Origin: Octopus vulgaris
Taxonomy: Eukaryota
Reading direction: 5' to 3'
Length of the DNA: 64,000 bases
NCBI GenBank assembly: GCA_951406725.2
Contig: OX597819.1
Span: 12,400,001 to 12,464,000 of the forward strand
Below are positions 48,937 through 62,739 of the stretch, piece after piece (the first letter of the stretch is position 1; every line of letters begins with the position of its first letter). The translations under genes and the position numbers were made by a program. Under the pieces are notes generated by a model. The model saw only the letters and a program-made list of their open reading frames with translations, did no database searches and was not told the origin of the DNA.

Positions 48937-50279
48937 GGTATTAATTTTACTATTACATCTGTCTCACAAGATGGGTGTAATAGCAAAAATTTGCCCAAAA
49001 AGGGCACAGAATTGGGAGTAAAAAAAATTCTTTCACAGATGGAAACAATTATCCAATTCCTTGTACTAATCCTTCTCCAAGAATTAGTGATAACTATTCT
49101 GAAATCCACTGACCAGGGATGTCATTCTTCTCACCAGATGGGTGTAATAGTAAAAATTTACTGAAAATTCTTGCTCAATGTGTGGCACAGCAGAGTTGAA
49201 ACTAGAACCATGTGGTTGGGAAGCAAAGTTGTAAACCACACGGTTATGCCTGCATAATGGTAATTCTTGTAGAGTAAAATCCTCAACCTGAAGAAATTGG
49301 CAATAAGTCTGTGTTGGCAACGATTACTTTAATAAGATTTAATTGCCTGGGTAGCATGGAATTTAACGAGGGAGAGAGAGAGAGATGGTATTGTATATTT
49401 GGTTGCAAGTTAGTAAAAGAAAAAAAAATTGAAGTGAAGGTGTGATGGTGGTGAGGTAGAGGGTATGGATGGACCAGGAATGTGAGGCACAAGGTATGTG
49501 GATGAAGCTATTTTGAAAAAGGTGTATTTCAGTTTAGTCTTTCAGCTTGTAGTTGTGGTGTATATTTCTGCTGTGCAAAAGAAGTTATATTGGGTTAGTT
49601 TGCAGTGAGTAGGCGAGGAATGGTAACAGCCTTCATCACATGGTTTTGCCTTTCATTTAAATGACTATTTTCTTTCATTTCTCTGCAATTTCCTTTACAA
49701 ATCCGTGCTATTTAATATCACTACACAACCAGTACTTTTTACAGAGCAGCTTCCTTTCAACTGTTGCCATCAAATATTAATATGAGAGATTTAAAGCAAT
49801 TATTTATTTTATTGATGGAAACTTAGCTTATACTACTTATGGTTGCCATCAATAAAAAAAAAAAACAAGTTTAAATGTGAGTTAAGTATGCCTCTATGCA
49901 GCTGTTTAATTTGCTAGAAATAGCAGTCAAATTTCTCTTAAATCAGACACAACTGCTTTGAAAAAAGACAGGATACATAGGACAATCTCTTGGATACACT
50001 ATACCATGAAAAAGAAACAGGATTGCCATATCTGGAATGCCTTTGATCACAGGTTTGCTACATCAGGCCTAACTTGCCTAACACAGCAGCAGGAGTTTAA
50101 ATATACACTCTGTCTATGGGATGATTGTTAAGAGCTCAATAAAGTTTTGAAAAATAATCCCAGGCTGAAGAGATACGTGTGTCATCCCTCACAACATCTC
50201 AGTTTACCTATTGCAGTTTATTATTTCAGCTTATGTCGATTCCTCCATGGTGTTGTTTTGCATTTATAATAAAATATAT

Positions 50280-50641
50280 CTCTTTTACTCTTTTACTTGT
50301 TTCAGTCATTTGACTGCGGCCATGCTGGAGCACCGCCTTTAGTCGAGCAAATCAACCCCGGGACTTATATAAGCCCAGTACTTATTCTATCGGTCTCTTT
50401 TTCCGAACCGCTAAGTTACGGGGACGTAAACACACCAGTATGGGTTGTCAAGCAATGCTAGGGGGACAAACACACACATACATATATATACATATATACG
50501 ACAGGCTTCTTTCAGTTTCCGTCTACCAAATCCACTCACAAGGCATTGGTCGGCCCGGGGCTATAGCAGAAGACACTTGCCCAAGATGCCACGCAGACTG
50601 AACCTGGAACCATGTGGTTGGTTAGCAAGCTACTTACCACA
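50280..50641 (-). mobile_element. tRNA-derived SINE, family A
   Basis: Reverse complement of family A. Confidence 0.88.
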
Positions 50642-50795
50642 TTATAAAAATAATTTTCAAAAAATACAGTATTGTTTCTACTTTGCAGATTTTCACCTAT
50701 TGCGGGGGTTTTGGAACAGAACACCTGTGATAGTCAGGGGATTACAGTATGTATGAATGTATGTATGTATGTATATATACATATATAAATATGTA

Positions 50796-50959
50796 TATAA
50801 CCAAGAAAAAAGCAACAAGAATGGATTAGTAGTTTAGTACAATTGTTTCATACCCAGAACAATTTTATTTCAAGCTGCCAATATTGCAAGTATTGCTCTT
50901 AGTATGAAACAATTGTACTAAACTACTAATCCATTCCCGTTGCTTTTTTCTTGGTTATA
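50796..50959. repeat. Near-perfect inverted repeat, 58-bp arms and 48-nt spacer
   Basis: 50796-50853 is the reverse complement of 50902-50959 with two mismatches. Confidence 0.9.
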
Positions 50960-51091
50960 ATCACCCCACATTTTTTATGGTTAATACCAGAAACAATTCT
51001 GGTGCATCTAAGTTAAGTACCATATTCATTTGAATTCATTGGAATTCACTTGAATCTTAATTGTTTTTGCTAAATATGTATATTTATATAT

Positions 51092-51265
51092 AGGCGCAGG
51101 TGTGGCTGTGTGGTAAGTAGCTTGCTAACCAACCACATGGTTCCGGGTTCAGTCCCACTGCGTGGCATCTTGGGCAAGTGTCTTCTGCTATAGCCCCGGG
51201 CCGACCAATGCCTTGTGAGTGGATTTGGTAGACGGAAACTGAAAGAAGCCTGTCGTATATATGTG

Positions 51266-51296
<31 letters not shown>

Positions 51297-51506
51297 TTGT
51301 GTGGCTGTGTTTGTCCCCCTAGCATTGCTTGACAACCAATGCTGGTGTGTTTACGTCCCTGTCACTTAGCAGTTCGGCAAAAGAGACCGATAGAATAAGT
51401 ACTGGGCTTACAAAGAATAAGTCCCGGGGTCGATTTGCTCGACTAAAGGCGGTGCTCCAGCATGGCCACAGTCAAATGACTGAAACAAATAAAAGAGAGT
51501 AAAGAG
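51092..51506 (+). mobile_element. tRNA-derived SINE, family A
   Basis: Full-length copy. Confidence 0.9.
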
Positions 51507-52014
51507 CATATATATGTGTGTGTGTGTCTGTTAACAGACTAAAAACCTTTCATTTATTGGTACTAAAACGACTCACCTAACACACCCATGCATTGTATAG
51601 TTTTCACTTGAGAAATATACTGTATGTATGTACATATATAATAAATTATATTATAACAAAATAATAATGAACAACACCCAGCCTGTGACAGTTGGACTAT
51701 GCATTGGGAATCATACTCACCCATTTTACATTATATATATATATACATACACACACATACATACATACATACATATATATATATACACCACCATACATAG
51801 TCATATATATATATACACACACACATATACATACATATATATATACACACATATATATATATACATATATATACACACATATATATATATACATATATAT
51901 ACACACATATATATATACACATACATATATATATACACACACATATATATACACACACATACATATATTTACACAGATACATATATATAAATACACACAC
52001 ATATATGTATATAT

Positions 52015-52374
52015 ACTCTTTTACTTTTAGTCGAGCAAATCAACCCCAGGACTTATTCTTTGTAAGCCTAGTACTTATTCTATCGGTCTTTTTTGCCGAA
52101 CCACTAAACTACGGGGACATTAACACACCAGCATTAGTTGTCAAGCGATGTTGGGGGGACAAACACAGACACACAAACATATACATACACATACACATAT
52201 ATATACATATATACGATGGGCTTCTTTCAGTTTCCGTCTACCAAATCCATTCACAAGGCTTTGATCGGCCTGACGCTATAGTAGAAGACACTTGCCCAAG
52301 GTGCCACGCAGTGGGACTGAACCCAGAACCATGTGGTTGGTAAGCAAGTTACTTACACAGCCACTCCTGCGCCT
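52015..52374 (-). mobile_element. tRNA-derived SINE, family A
   Basis: Reverse complement copy. Confidence 0.88.
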
Positions 52375-53711
52375 ATATATATATATATATATACATACAT
52401 ACACACACACATATATGTATATTTGCACATGTAACACACACACACAAATGTGTGCGTGTGTGTGTGTGTGAAGGGAGTGAACAAACTAACTGCTATGACC
52501 AGTTTGTTGTCATGTGTGCAGTGTTACAAAGAAATTGATTTTATTCTCTGAAATGAACCTTCTACAGTGAAGTTCAGTTTGTTATCTGATAACCAGCCAA
52601 TAAGTTTTACATCAGCCATTAGGTTCTTGCTTTTACATTATTGTGTTACAGACAATGTAACACAAATATTGGAATGTTTTTTACTCAGAAGAACAAAAAA
52701 AGAGAGAGACGCTGTCCTCCATACGGTATTATTAGCTCAATTGAACAGAATATAAATTGGTTGGTTCACAGTTCACATATCACTATTGTTTTCAAGAAAA
52801 AAAAAAATTATGTTTTTATATGGTTTCAATAAATAAATTTCAAAAAAGTTAAAACAAATTTACTTCATTAATTAGTTTGTCAACGGAAAACAAAATCTTT
52901 CCTTTGTTTGGGAATGGCTGAGTGTTTCTGCAATGTTTACAAACTGAGGTATAACTCCAACCCCCCCACCTACATCCTTATACATAGTGCTTCAACATGA
53001 AGTAGAGGTAAAACCTGCTATGTACCCTGGGTATATTTCAGGTTCAACAATGAGTTTTCCCAGAGCTCTTTATTCGACCAGAGAGAAATAGTAGCTGAAT
53101 TCCCATGCACCACACCTTAGTACATTTTAAAAAAGAATGACACGTAGCCTAATGTAGTCTTAGATAAAGAAAAAGAAATATATAAAAATTTTTAAATGCT
53201 ATGGTTGCAGATGGAATGCTTTTTATCCATAGATCTGTCTGTTCTAGTAGGGTTGACCCAGGTAAAAAACAACAACCAAATGCCTGATAACCAACAAAGA
53301 AGTCTCTACTGAGTTTTTTCACCTAATAGATATAGAAGCGAAATTGCCATGAAATCACAACCTAATATCTAAGAAAAGGAAACACATTGAATAGTGTAAT
53401 CTTGAGAGAAAACTGGGACTGTCAAGTGTGACCAAAAACTAAACTGCTGCCACCACCAACTTCTTCATTTCATTACTGAAATTTATCCAATACCAATGTC
53501 CTAAAGTATTCTTCTAAATCAAAAACATGACCTGCACCATGTCTTTATTTCAAGGGAGATTTAATGACTGGGAAATATACTCCAGAGGAATTCTTTAAAA
53601 CTGTAATGACCAAATATCTTTGGAGTGTTAAGCTTGGAAGAGATAAAGATGAAAAGAAAAAGAGAAGTAAAATGCTGTAGGCCGATATACACAATTCCTG
53701 GGAAAATCTCA

Positions 53712-54056
53712 CCAGGCGTTGCCTTACCGGCACATGTGACGGTGGCACGTGATAAACAACATTCAAGCGTGGTCATTGCCAGTGCTGCCGAACTGGCTCC
53801 CGTGCAGGTAGCACATAAACACACCTTTTGAGAGTGGTCGTTGCCAGAACCACCTGACTGGCCCTCGTGCCGGTGGCACATAAAAAGCACCCACTATACT
53901 CTCGAAGTGGTTGGCATTAGGAAGGGTATCCATCTGTAGAAACTTTGCCAGATCAAATTGAGCCTGGTGCAACCTTCTGGCTCACCAGTCCTCAGTCAAA
54001 CCATCCAACCCATGCCAGCATGGAAAGCAGACATTAAACGATAATGATGATGATGA
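53712..54056 (+). mobile_element. RTE-tail-derived repeat
   Basis: GGTGGCACATAAAAAGCACCCAC...(GAT)n. Confidence 0.8.
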
Positions 54057-54179
54057 AAAACAAAACAAGTGATTATGGTTAGAATACCTTTGATCAGGTG
54101 TTGACTGGGTTAACCAAAATCTCATCAAGTTCTTAATTAGTTTCATAATTATTGAGTTACATAGTATAAATGTTGCTGC

Positions 54180-54513
54180 TGAGACCCCCTTCGGTCATGA
54201 CTGACTGTGGGATTACACCTAGAAAGTTACCCTCCCAGGCACAAGTTCAGGCAAAGTTGTTTATGGAAGACCAGCAGTTGCCCATGCATACTGGCCTCCT
54301 GTCTCCATGCCACCAGTGTTATCCAAGGGAAAGGCAAAGGGGCCGATACAGCTTGGCACCTGTGACATTGCAACTCATTTCTAGATGAGTGAAGTGGAGC
54401 AACGTGAAATAAAGTGTCTTGCTCAAGAACAAACACGCAGCCCGGTCTGGGATTTGAACTCACAACCTCATAATCGTAATCTCGACACTAACCACTGAGC
54501 CATGTGCCTTCAC
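54180..54513 (-). mobile_element. tRNA-derived SINE (different body)
   Basis: Minus-strand head GTGAAGGCACATGGCTCAGTGG...GTTCAAATCCC, then CTTGAGCAAGACACTTTATTTCACGTTGCTCCA. Confidence 0.7.
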
Positions 54514-54617
54514 AGCAACATAGTATATTTCAATGCAAATATATATTCTTCATGTCTAGGCAGAATATTTAACCCTATTTTTTTTTTACCGTATTTCTGT
54601 TGAAATACACCATATAT

Positions 54618-55030
54618 AGGCGCAGGAGTGGCTGCGTGGTAAGTAGCTTGCTAACCAACCACATGGTTGCGGGTTCAGTCCCACTGCGTGGCATCTTGGG
54701 CAAGTGTCTTCTGCTATAGCTCCGGGCCGACCAATGCCTTGTGAGTGGATTTGGTAGACGGAAACTGAAGGAAGCCTGTCGTATATATGTATATATATAT
54801 ATATGTATGTGTGTTTGTGTGTCTGTGTTTGTACCCCTAGCATTGCTTGACAACCGATGTTGGTGTGTTTACGTCCCCGTCACTTAGCGGTTCGGCAAAA
54901 GAGACCGATAGAATAAGTACTGGGTTTACAAAGAATAAGTCCCGGGGTCGATTTGCTTGACTAAAAGGCGGTGCTCCAGCATGGCCGCAGTCAAATGACT
55001 GAAACAAGTAAAAGAGTAAAAGAGTAAAAA
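54618..55030 (+). mobile_element. Family A SINE inserted in a TTAA MITE
   Basis: Full-length copy; MITE halves at about 54570 and 55035-55217. Confidence 0.88.
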
Positions 55031-56764
55031 GAGAGAGTATCTTTGTTTTACTTAATTTTGAAACTAACAAAGAGATTAGTAAAATAACTCGTTATTAAGC
55101 TGGTATTTGGAAAACATGAAATCTTGATAGAAGGTTTTAATTTAAGTCCCATTAAAACAGGAAGTTTGTATCATAGAACCATGGGAAGTCTCAGGCAGGT
55201 TGACATGAAAAGGGTTAAGAGGAAAGAAAGAAAAAACACATCACAGCAACAGGAATGGAAGAGGTAAACAGATCAAAGATTAAGCAGATTTAGTCATAAA
55301 TTGATAAAAAGTAAATCAATAGAAAATAAACGCTGATCAATAAAAGCCATTATTGCATTGTTGCAACATCAAAGAGAACGAATATTCTAAGAGCACTCTG
55401 TGGGCAGAGAAATCCTACTTCTGCAATCTGTTTACCAAAAATAGAAGCAGAATCAGTGTTGTTCCTACTCTGGAGATGATAGTGAAACGCTATACTCTCA
55501 TTTCTGGTTAACATCTTAAGGAATCTCAAATATCTCAAGAACAAAGTTACAAACATACATCAAAGGATTAAAGGAATTAGTATATTCAATGTTATCTTTA
55601 TCTACCAACTCGTATTTACAGAGCAAAATCCCTAATATTTAAAACAAAAAAAAAAAGAAATTTTAAAGCTTCTAAAAATTGAAAACCAATAAAAATCCAA
55701 CAGTAGCAGCATCTCCTTTTAATGTATTCCTTAGAAATCCTAAAGGAATATCCAGCCCACACTTTTCCATTTCTAAATCACAATATGCAATAATAAAAAG
55801 AAGGCAGGTACCATGTTATCAGTCTCTTCAGCAAAACATTTAGCTCCATTTTCCCTACCCAGTTCTAAAATTACTACACACACCTCAACAAACACACACA
55901 CACACACACACACTCTTTCCCTCTCAGATACACAGAGCAAACTATTACACAATATGAAAGGTTAAGAGTGGAGCAAATAAAGTAAATTAATGAATAATGA
56001 ATCAATAGGAAATTTATGATCAATAAAAGCCATGATTATATTGTTGCATCATCAATTAACTTCCACACTTCCATGGGTCAGATGGAATTTGTTGAGGCAG
56101 TTAAATGTCCTTCTTGTCTTCAACTCTGACTTGTTTCCCAAAAAGGTAAACATTTCCCCCAGGCCAGACATGTTTATCACAGAAGACTGGAAACGAACAA
56201 CACCGCTTGTATGACGGGGATGCTTGTTTACAGGCAGCACATGATGTCAAAACAACGACACACACAAATACATGCACATGACAGGCTTCTCTCAGTTTCT
56301 GTCAATGAAATCCAGTCACAAAGATTTTACTTAACCCAGGGTAATAGTAGAAGATTCTTGCCCAAGGCGCCATGCAATGGGATTGAACCCAAGACCACAT
56401 GGTTGGGAAGTGAATTTCTTCACCACACAGCCATGCTTGAGCACTCACTGGATAAAGAAATCATTGGTGAATTATCTCCTGAGTTCTCTACCATTAAAAA
56501 GTACAATAACAGCATCTGGAATCTCAACAGAATAACAGAAAGGTTCCTTCTCAGGAACATCCTTTGAATCATTGATGTAGCCTCTCCACAATCCTACACA
56601 ACATCCACACGGCATTACATGCAGGTCTTGCCATAATGTCCAAGATATAGCTACACAATTCCTGCAACTCCTACAAAAATTATCAAGGAAGTTGGTTCCA
56701 AACAAAGCAGCACTTACCAAATCTTTAACCTTTTCTTTTTCTTTACCATTAATAACAGAGGCGT

Positions 56765-57130
56765 GGAGGCGCAATGGCCCAGTGGTGCGGTCGTAGGATC
56801 GCGGTTTCAATTCCCAGACCGGGCGTTGCGAGTGTTTATTGAGCGAAAACACCTAAAAGCTCCACGAGGCTCCGGCAGGGATGGTGGTGATCCCTGTTGT
56901 ACTCTTTCACCACAACTTTCTCTCACTCTTACTTCCTGTTTCTGTTGTACCTGTATTTCAAAGGGCCGGTCTTGTCACTCTCTGTGTCACGCTGAATATC
57001 CCCGAGAACTATGTTAAGGGTACACATGTCTGTGGAGTGCTCAGCCACTTACACGTTAATTTCACGAGCAGGCTGTTCCGTTGATCGGATCAACCAGAAC
57101 CCTCGTCGTCGTAACCAATGGAGTGCTTCC
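56765..57130 (+). mobile_element. Family B SINE
   Basis: Near-identical to 33131-33520. Confidence 0.88.
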
Positions 57131-57526
57131 AAAAAATAACAGCGGACATCAAATACAAACAACACCTGCACTTAACAACATAAAGAATACCTTGAGACAA
57201 TGAGAAAGCCTTTATGTGGTTGTACAACCAGCTAGAAATAACAGGTAGGGAGATTGCATTGCGGCTCTCTCAAATTTCTTTCAAATCCCACCCTACTGAG
57301 TTAAAATTAGAATAAATTGGCTAATATAGTCCTAGAAGCAATATTCTTGAAAATAGATGTGATGGTCACGGCTGAAATGGCTTTGATAATAGGTACATTT
57401 AATGATGGTTGAACTGGAACTCAACAACAATAATAACAACATACCAAACACACAGAAAACAAAAATGTTAGACATAGAGGTTAGAGAAAGTGAAAACAAG
57501 GTACAAATATACATCGATATATACAT

Positions 57527-57689
57527 AGGCGCAGGAGTGGCTGTGTGGTAAGTAGCTTGTTTACCAACTACATGGTTCCGGGTTCAGTCCCACTGCGTGG
57601 CACCTTGGGCAAGTGTCTTCTACTGTAGCCTCGGGCCAACCAAAGCCTTGTGAGTGGATTTGGTAGACAGAAACTTAAAGAAGCCTGTC

Positions 57690-57767
<78 letters not shown>

Positions 57768-57988
57768 ATATGTTTGTGTGTCTGTGTTTGTCCCTCTAGC
57801 ATCGCTTGACAACCAATGTTGGTGTGTTTATGTCCCCGTTACTTAGCGGTTCGGCAAAAGAGACCGATAGAATAAGTACTGGGCTTACAAAAGAATAAGT
57901 CCCGGGGTCGAGTTGCTCAATTAAATGTGGTGCTCCAGCATGGCCGCAGTCAAATGACTGAAACAAGTAAAAGAGAGTAAAAAGAGAG
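57527..57988 (+). mobile_element. Family A SINE with expanded internal (TA)n
   Basis: Full-length copy. Confidence 0.9.
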
Positions 57989-58337
57989 ATTCCCCTCGGT
58001 TATTGCATTCAGCCAACAACAACAAGGAATGTACAAGCAATATAGTATTAGATCCATTGTGCATGAGGACAATCCTGTCTGGACCACCAATCTCGTTACA
58101 GCAAACTACAAGCAACACAAAACTGGTATAGAAAACTGTACAAAGAAAAACAAAATCCAGTTTTGAAAGGAAAATAATCAAACTATAAAAAAAACAAGTG
58201 AGACAAGAAAAGGCAGTTTGTTGTTGTGGCACCTTAAGCCTCTCCCTTCCTTCCATCACAATTCCCAGGGCTACATATTTGATAATACTATGACTGCAAC
58301 CACACCCCCCACTACTCATCTCGTTCAGTCCAGACAA

Positions 58338-58986
58338 ATATTCTTTTCTACTCTAGGTACAAGGCCTGAAATTTTGGGGGAGTGGGGACAGTTGATCACA
58401 TCGACCCTAATATGCAACTGGTACTTAATTTATCGACCCTGAGAGGATGAAAGGCAAAGTCAACCTTGGCAGAATTTGAACTCAGAATGTAAGGACAGAC
58501 AAAATACCTATTTCTTTACTACCCACAAGGGGCTAAGCACAGAGAGGACAAACAAGGACAGACAAATGGATTAAGTCGATTATATCGACCCCAGTGCGAA
58601 ACTGGCACTTATTTAATCGACCCTGAAAGGATGAAAGCAAAGTCGACCTCGGCGGAATTTGAACTCAGAACGTAGCGGCAGACAAAATACTGCTAAGTAT
58701 TTCACCTGATGTGCTAATGTTTCTGCCAGCTCAACACCTTAGATGAGACAAATATTCTTTCCTACTTTAAGCACAAGGCCCGAAATTTTGGGGGAGTGGG
58801 GTGGGGGTGGGGGCAGTCGATCACATTGACCCCAATATGCAACTGGTACTTAATTTATCAACTCTGAAAGGATGAAAGGCAAAGTTGACCTTGGTAGGAT
58901 TTGAACTCAGTACATAAAGACAGACAAAATACTGCTAAGCGTTTCACCCAGCATGCTAACATTTCTGCCAGCTCACCACCACCTAA
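58338..58986 (-). mobile_element. Cluster of three family C SINE copies
   Basis: Three GGATGAAAG(G)CAAAGT.ACCT.GG..GAATTTGAACTCAG-like cores; whole block flanked by CAGTCCAGACAA. Confidence 0.8.
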
Positions 58987-59541
58987 CAGTCCAGACAAGT
59001 ATTAAAACACACAGAGATTCACTAAAACAACAGCAGGATGAATAATCCCACCAGTCCTAAAGACTGCTCCAATACACATTCACAATAATGGCTTAGGAGA
59101 AGAAGAGTATTTGTCATGCTCTGATCAATTCTCCTTGGCCTACTTCTATCACTTGTAACAGCAGAACTTAACAGGAGGAGCACAGGAAAACTCCAGAGTT
59201 GTTTGACCTGCTAGAAACAGCAGCTAAACCACCAGCAAATCACTCACTACTATCTTAAAAAGGGAAAGACAGAATGGATAATGTAGTCTGGGGGTATACA
59301 TCATCATCGTTAAACATCCATCTTTCATGCATGGGTAGGACAGAGGACAGGAGCTGGTCAAGTAGAACAAATACCACCCTAGGCTACTGTATCTGTTTTG
59401 GCAAGGATCTTCCAGCTGGATGCTCTTCCTAACACCAACCACTCCACAAAATGGAAACCAATCCTTGCATGAAAAAAAAAAGACGGGATAGTCATGGCTG
59501 GGATACGTTTGATTAAAAGATCTGTTTAACCATTTCATTAA

Positions 59542-60230
59542 CATCATCATCATCATTGTTGTTGTTTAACATCCGCTTTCCATGTTGGCATAGGTTGGAT
59601 GGTTTGACTGAGGACTGGCGATCCAGAAGGCTGCATCAGGCTCCAATCTGATCTGGCAAAGTCTCTACAGCTGGATGCCCTTCCTATCGCCAACCACTCT
59701 GAGAGTGTAGTGGGTGTTTTAACATGCCACCAGCATGAGGGCCAGCCAGGTGGTACTGGCAGTGACCACGCTCAAAAGGTGTTTTTTTTACGTGCCACTT
59801 GCACGGGAGCCAGTCAGCGGCCCTAGCAACGATCACACTCAGATGGTGCCTTTAACGTTCCACTGGCACAAGTGCCAATCAGGCGGTACTGTCATCGGCC
59901 ATGTCAGCAATTTTGATTTTGATTTCACTTGCCTCAACAGGTCTTCACAAGCAAGGTTTATTGTCCAATGAATGAAGGGTATTCATAAGTGGGCTGGTTA
60001 CACCCACTGGCATAGACCACGGGTTATGGGCTCACTTGGCTTGTCGGGTCTTCTCAAGCACAGCATATCTCCAAAGGTCTCGGTCACTAGTCATTGCCTC
60101 AGTGAGGCCCAATGTTCGAAGGTCGTGCTCATCCCAGGTCTTCCTGGGTCTACCTCTTCCACAGGTTCCCTCAACTGCTAGGGTGTGACACTTTTTCACA
60201 CAACTGTCCTCATCCATTCGCAACATAACA
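59542..60230 (-). mobile_element. RTE LINE 3' end (ORF C-terminus plus tail repeat)
   Basis: RMDEDSCVKKCHTLAVEGTCGRGRPRKTWDE..., same family as 11607-12798. Confidence 0.88.
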
Positions 60231-61890
60231 TATTTGTTGAAATACACATCCATTGCTTCAAATAATCTTTTAAAATAATGAAGTATTTAGTAAAATAATT
60301 ATTTAACTGGCTTTTGGAACATAATATTAAATTTCAATGGAAGTTTTCAACTTTGATCACTTTAAAAGAGAGAATTTGTATCACAGAACCAGGGTCAGTC
60401 TTGGATAGGTCAGTAACAAAAGGATTAATCAGTGAAGAAAATGCAACACACCAAGTCTACCAGAGAGATGCTCCGTCACCTCTGATGAACTTCTACATCA
60501 CCAAGTGTGTAGTTTGATGCTCAACGGGGCAAATGTTTAACATTTCTGGACAAAGGATTGCAACTGAATAACTATGTGTCAGAACTACACAACAACTAAA
60601 TTTACAAATGCCAGTTCAGCAGCAAATGCACGCACACACACACACATGCATATATGCACACATACTCACACACACTCACACATGCATATATGCACACACA
60701 TACACATGCCTATATGCACACTCACACACATACACATGCATATATGCACACATACACATGCATATATGCACACATACACATGCATATATGCACATACACT
60801 CACACACACGCATAACTGCACACACGCATATATGCACACACATGCATATATGTACACACACACATATGCATGTAAACTAAAATAAAGCCAAATCATTTGA
60901 TGTGCTAAAAGTAGTCACCAAAACCCCTTCAAATCACACCTTGTTACATTAATAAAGGACATGTTTAACAATATGGTGCTTGACTTTCTGCACACGGAGG
61001 GAAAAAGACAGAAAGGCCATGGTTGGAAATACTTTGATCATAGATCTGGTCGATCAGGGTTGAATTGGGGCGGCTTAAATAACAATAATGATTTTAACAG
61101 AGAAGGGGAGAGATGGGAAGGGGAAAAGGGAGATGTGGGTTCATGGGAAAGGGAAAAGGAAGCATAGAAGAGATGGGGGAGGGCAGGTTTTCAAGGGGAT
61201 GAGTTCATTTATAAAGTGTGGGAGAGAAATAGGAAAAGCCAAGAAGTGATGGGGTGGGGGAAGCCAGAGGGAGCTCGAATAAGAAGGAACAAAAGTTTGG
61301 TGGAAAAGACCTGAAATAATTAAGGGAAAGGTAAGAGTAAAAAGGGATGGTTTTGTTGTTTTTATTTAGCCCAAGGTTAGCCACAATCAAGCTGAACTAT
61401 GATCTGAGGCCTGTCGATATTGATATTTCAACCAACATCAGTAAGCAAAGCTTCACTATCTAACAGCTTCTGGTTTTTATATAAGATGTTGGTTGCTATT
61501 TCTAGCAGGTAGAGGCTGACTTGTTGGGTCATTTGCGAGTAGAGAAGACAAAACTAAAATTTTAAAAACAGTAGAATAAATGAATAATAAAAAGGTTAGG
61601 ATGAGGAAACGAGAAAAAGAAAATCAATAAATAGCTGTTAAGATGAGGGGAAATAGATGAGAAAATATTTTAAGTGGGATCCAGCTTTATTAGGGATCAA
61701 TCAGTATCAGCAGAGACCAAAAGGAACAACTCAAGCTGAAAGCCTTTCATTAGCAGGAATAGAGGGTATGGGTAGGGGTCAATATTCCTATTTGTCAGCA
61801 TATTGGTATGCAGAAGGGTGTGTGCACACGCATGCATGCACACACACATCACCACCATCATTTAATGCTTGCCTTCCATGTTGGCATGGG

Positions 61891-61941
<51 letters not shown>

Positions 61942-62061
61942 AGTGAATTCCTGAAGAGACTGAAAATGGGTTAGAATGAGAAAAAAAGTTAAGTAACAAT
62001 AGAGTAGGAAAATAGCAAAAAATATAGAAACATAAATGTGTGTGTGTGTGTATCTACGTGG

Positions 62062-62357
62062 CATTCTGTTGGTTATGACAACGAGGGTTCCAGTTCTCGC
62101 GGAGATCCAGCACGAGACACAGAGTGTGACAAGGCTGGCCCTTTGAAATACAGGTACAACAGAAACAGGAAAAAAAGGGTGAGAGAAAGTTGTGGTGAAA
62201 GTGTACAGTAGGGTTCGCCACCAGCCCCTGCCGGAGCCTTGTGGGGCTTTAGATGTTTTTGCTCAATAAACACTCACAACGCCCAGTCTGGGAATTGAAA
62301 CTTCGATCCTATGACCACGAGTCTGCTACCCTAACCACTGAGCCATTGCACCTCCAC
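62062..62357 (-). mobile_element. Family B SINE
   Basis: Reverse complement of 33131-33520 with a deletion. Confidence 0.8.
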
Positions 62358-62739
62358 CTGTATATCTACTTTGTGTATGTATATAAACATGTGTGAGAGT
62401 ATGTGTGTGTGTCTACACATATTTATATAAGAGTATATGTATAAACACACATATATACATGTGCATGTTTTGTTAAACGTATGAAAAATGTGTGCATATA
62501 CTTATGTGTGTGTGTGTATTTATATATATCTACATACTGTGAAGTCTACATCATTGGCCTCTTTGATAGCCCCATCACCCATCTAAGAACTTCTACCACT
62601 CATCTGTATTTCCAAGGAATATTCTTGAATCTAATGAGTTGGATTTTCTCATGGATGACAGATGGTACAAACGTCCTTATACAGTAAAGGACCAACCACC
62701 AAAAAGCCTTCCCATCAAAGATATACCCCACTCCTCCTG

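Noticed and set aside
55417-55470. Candidate SELENOM signal-peptide exon (TLILLLFLV)
   Set aside because: No start codon context or phase-0 donor that joins sensibly to SCTGU.
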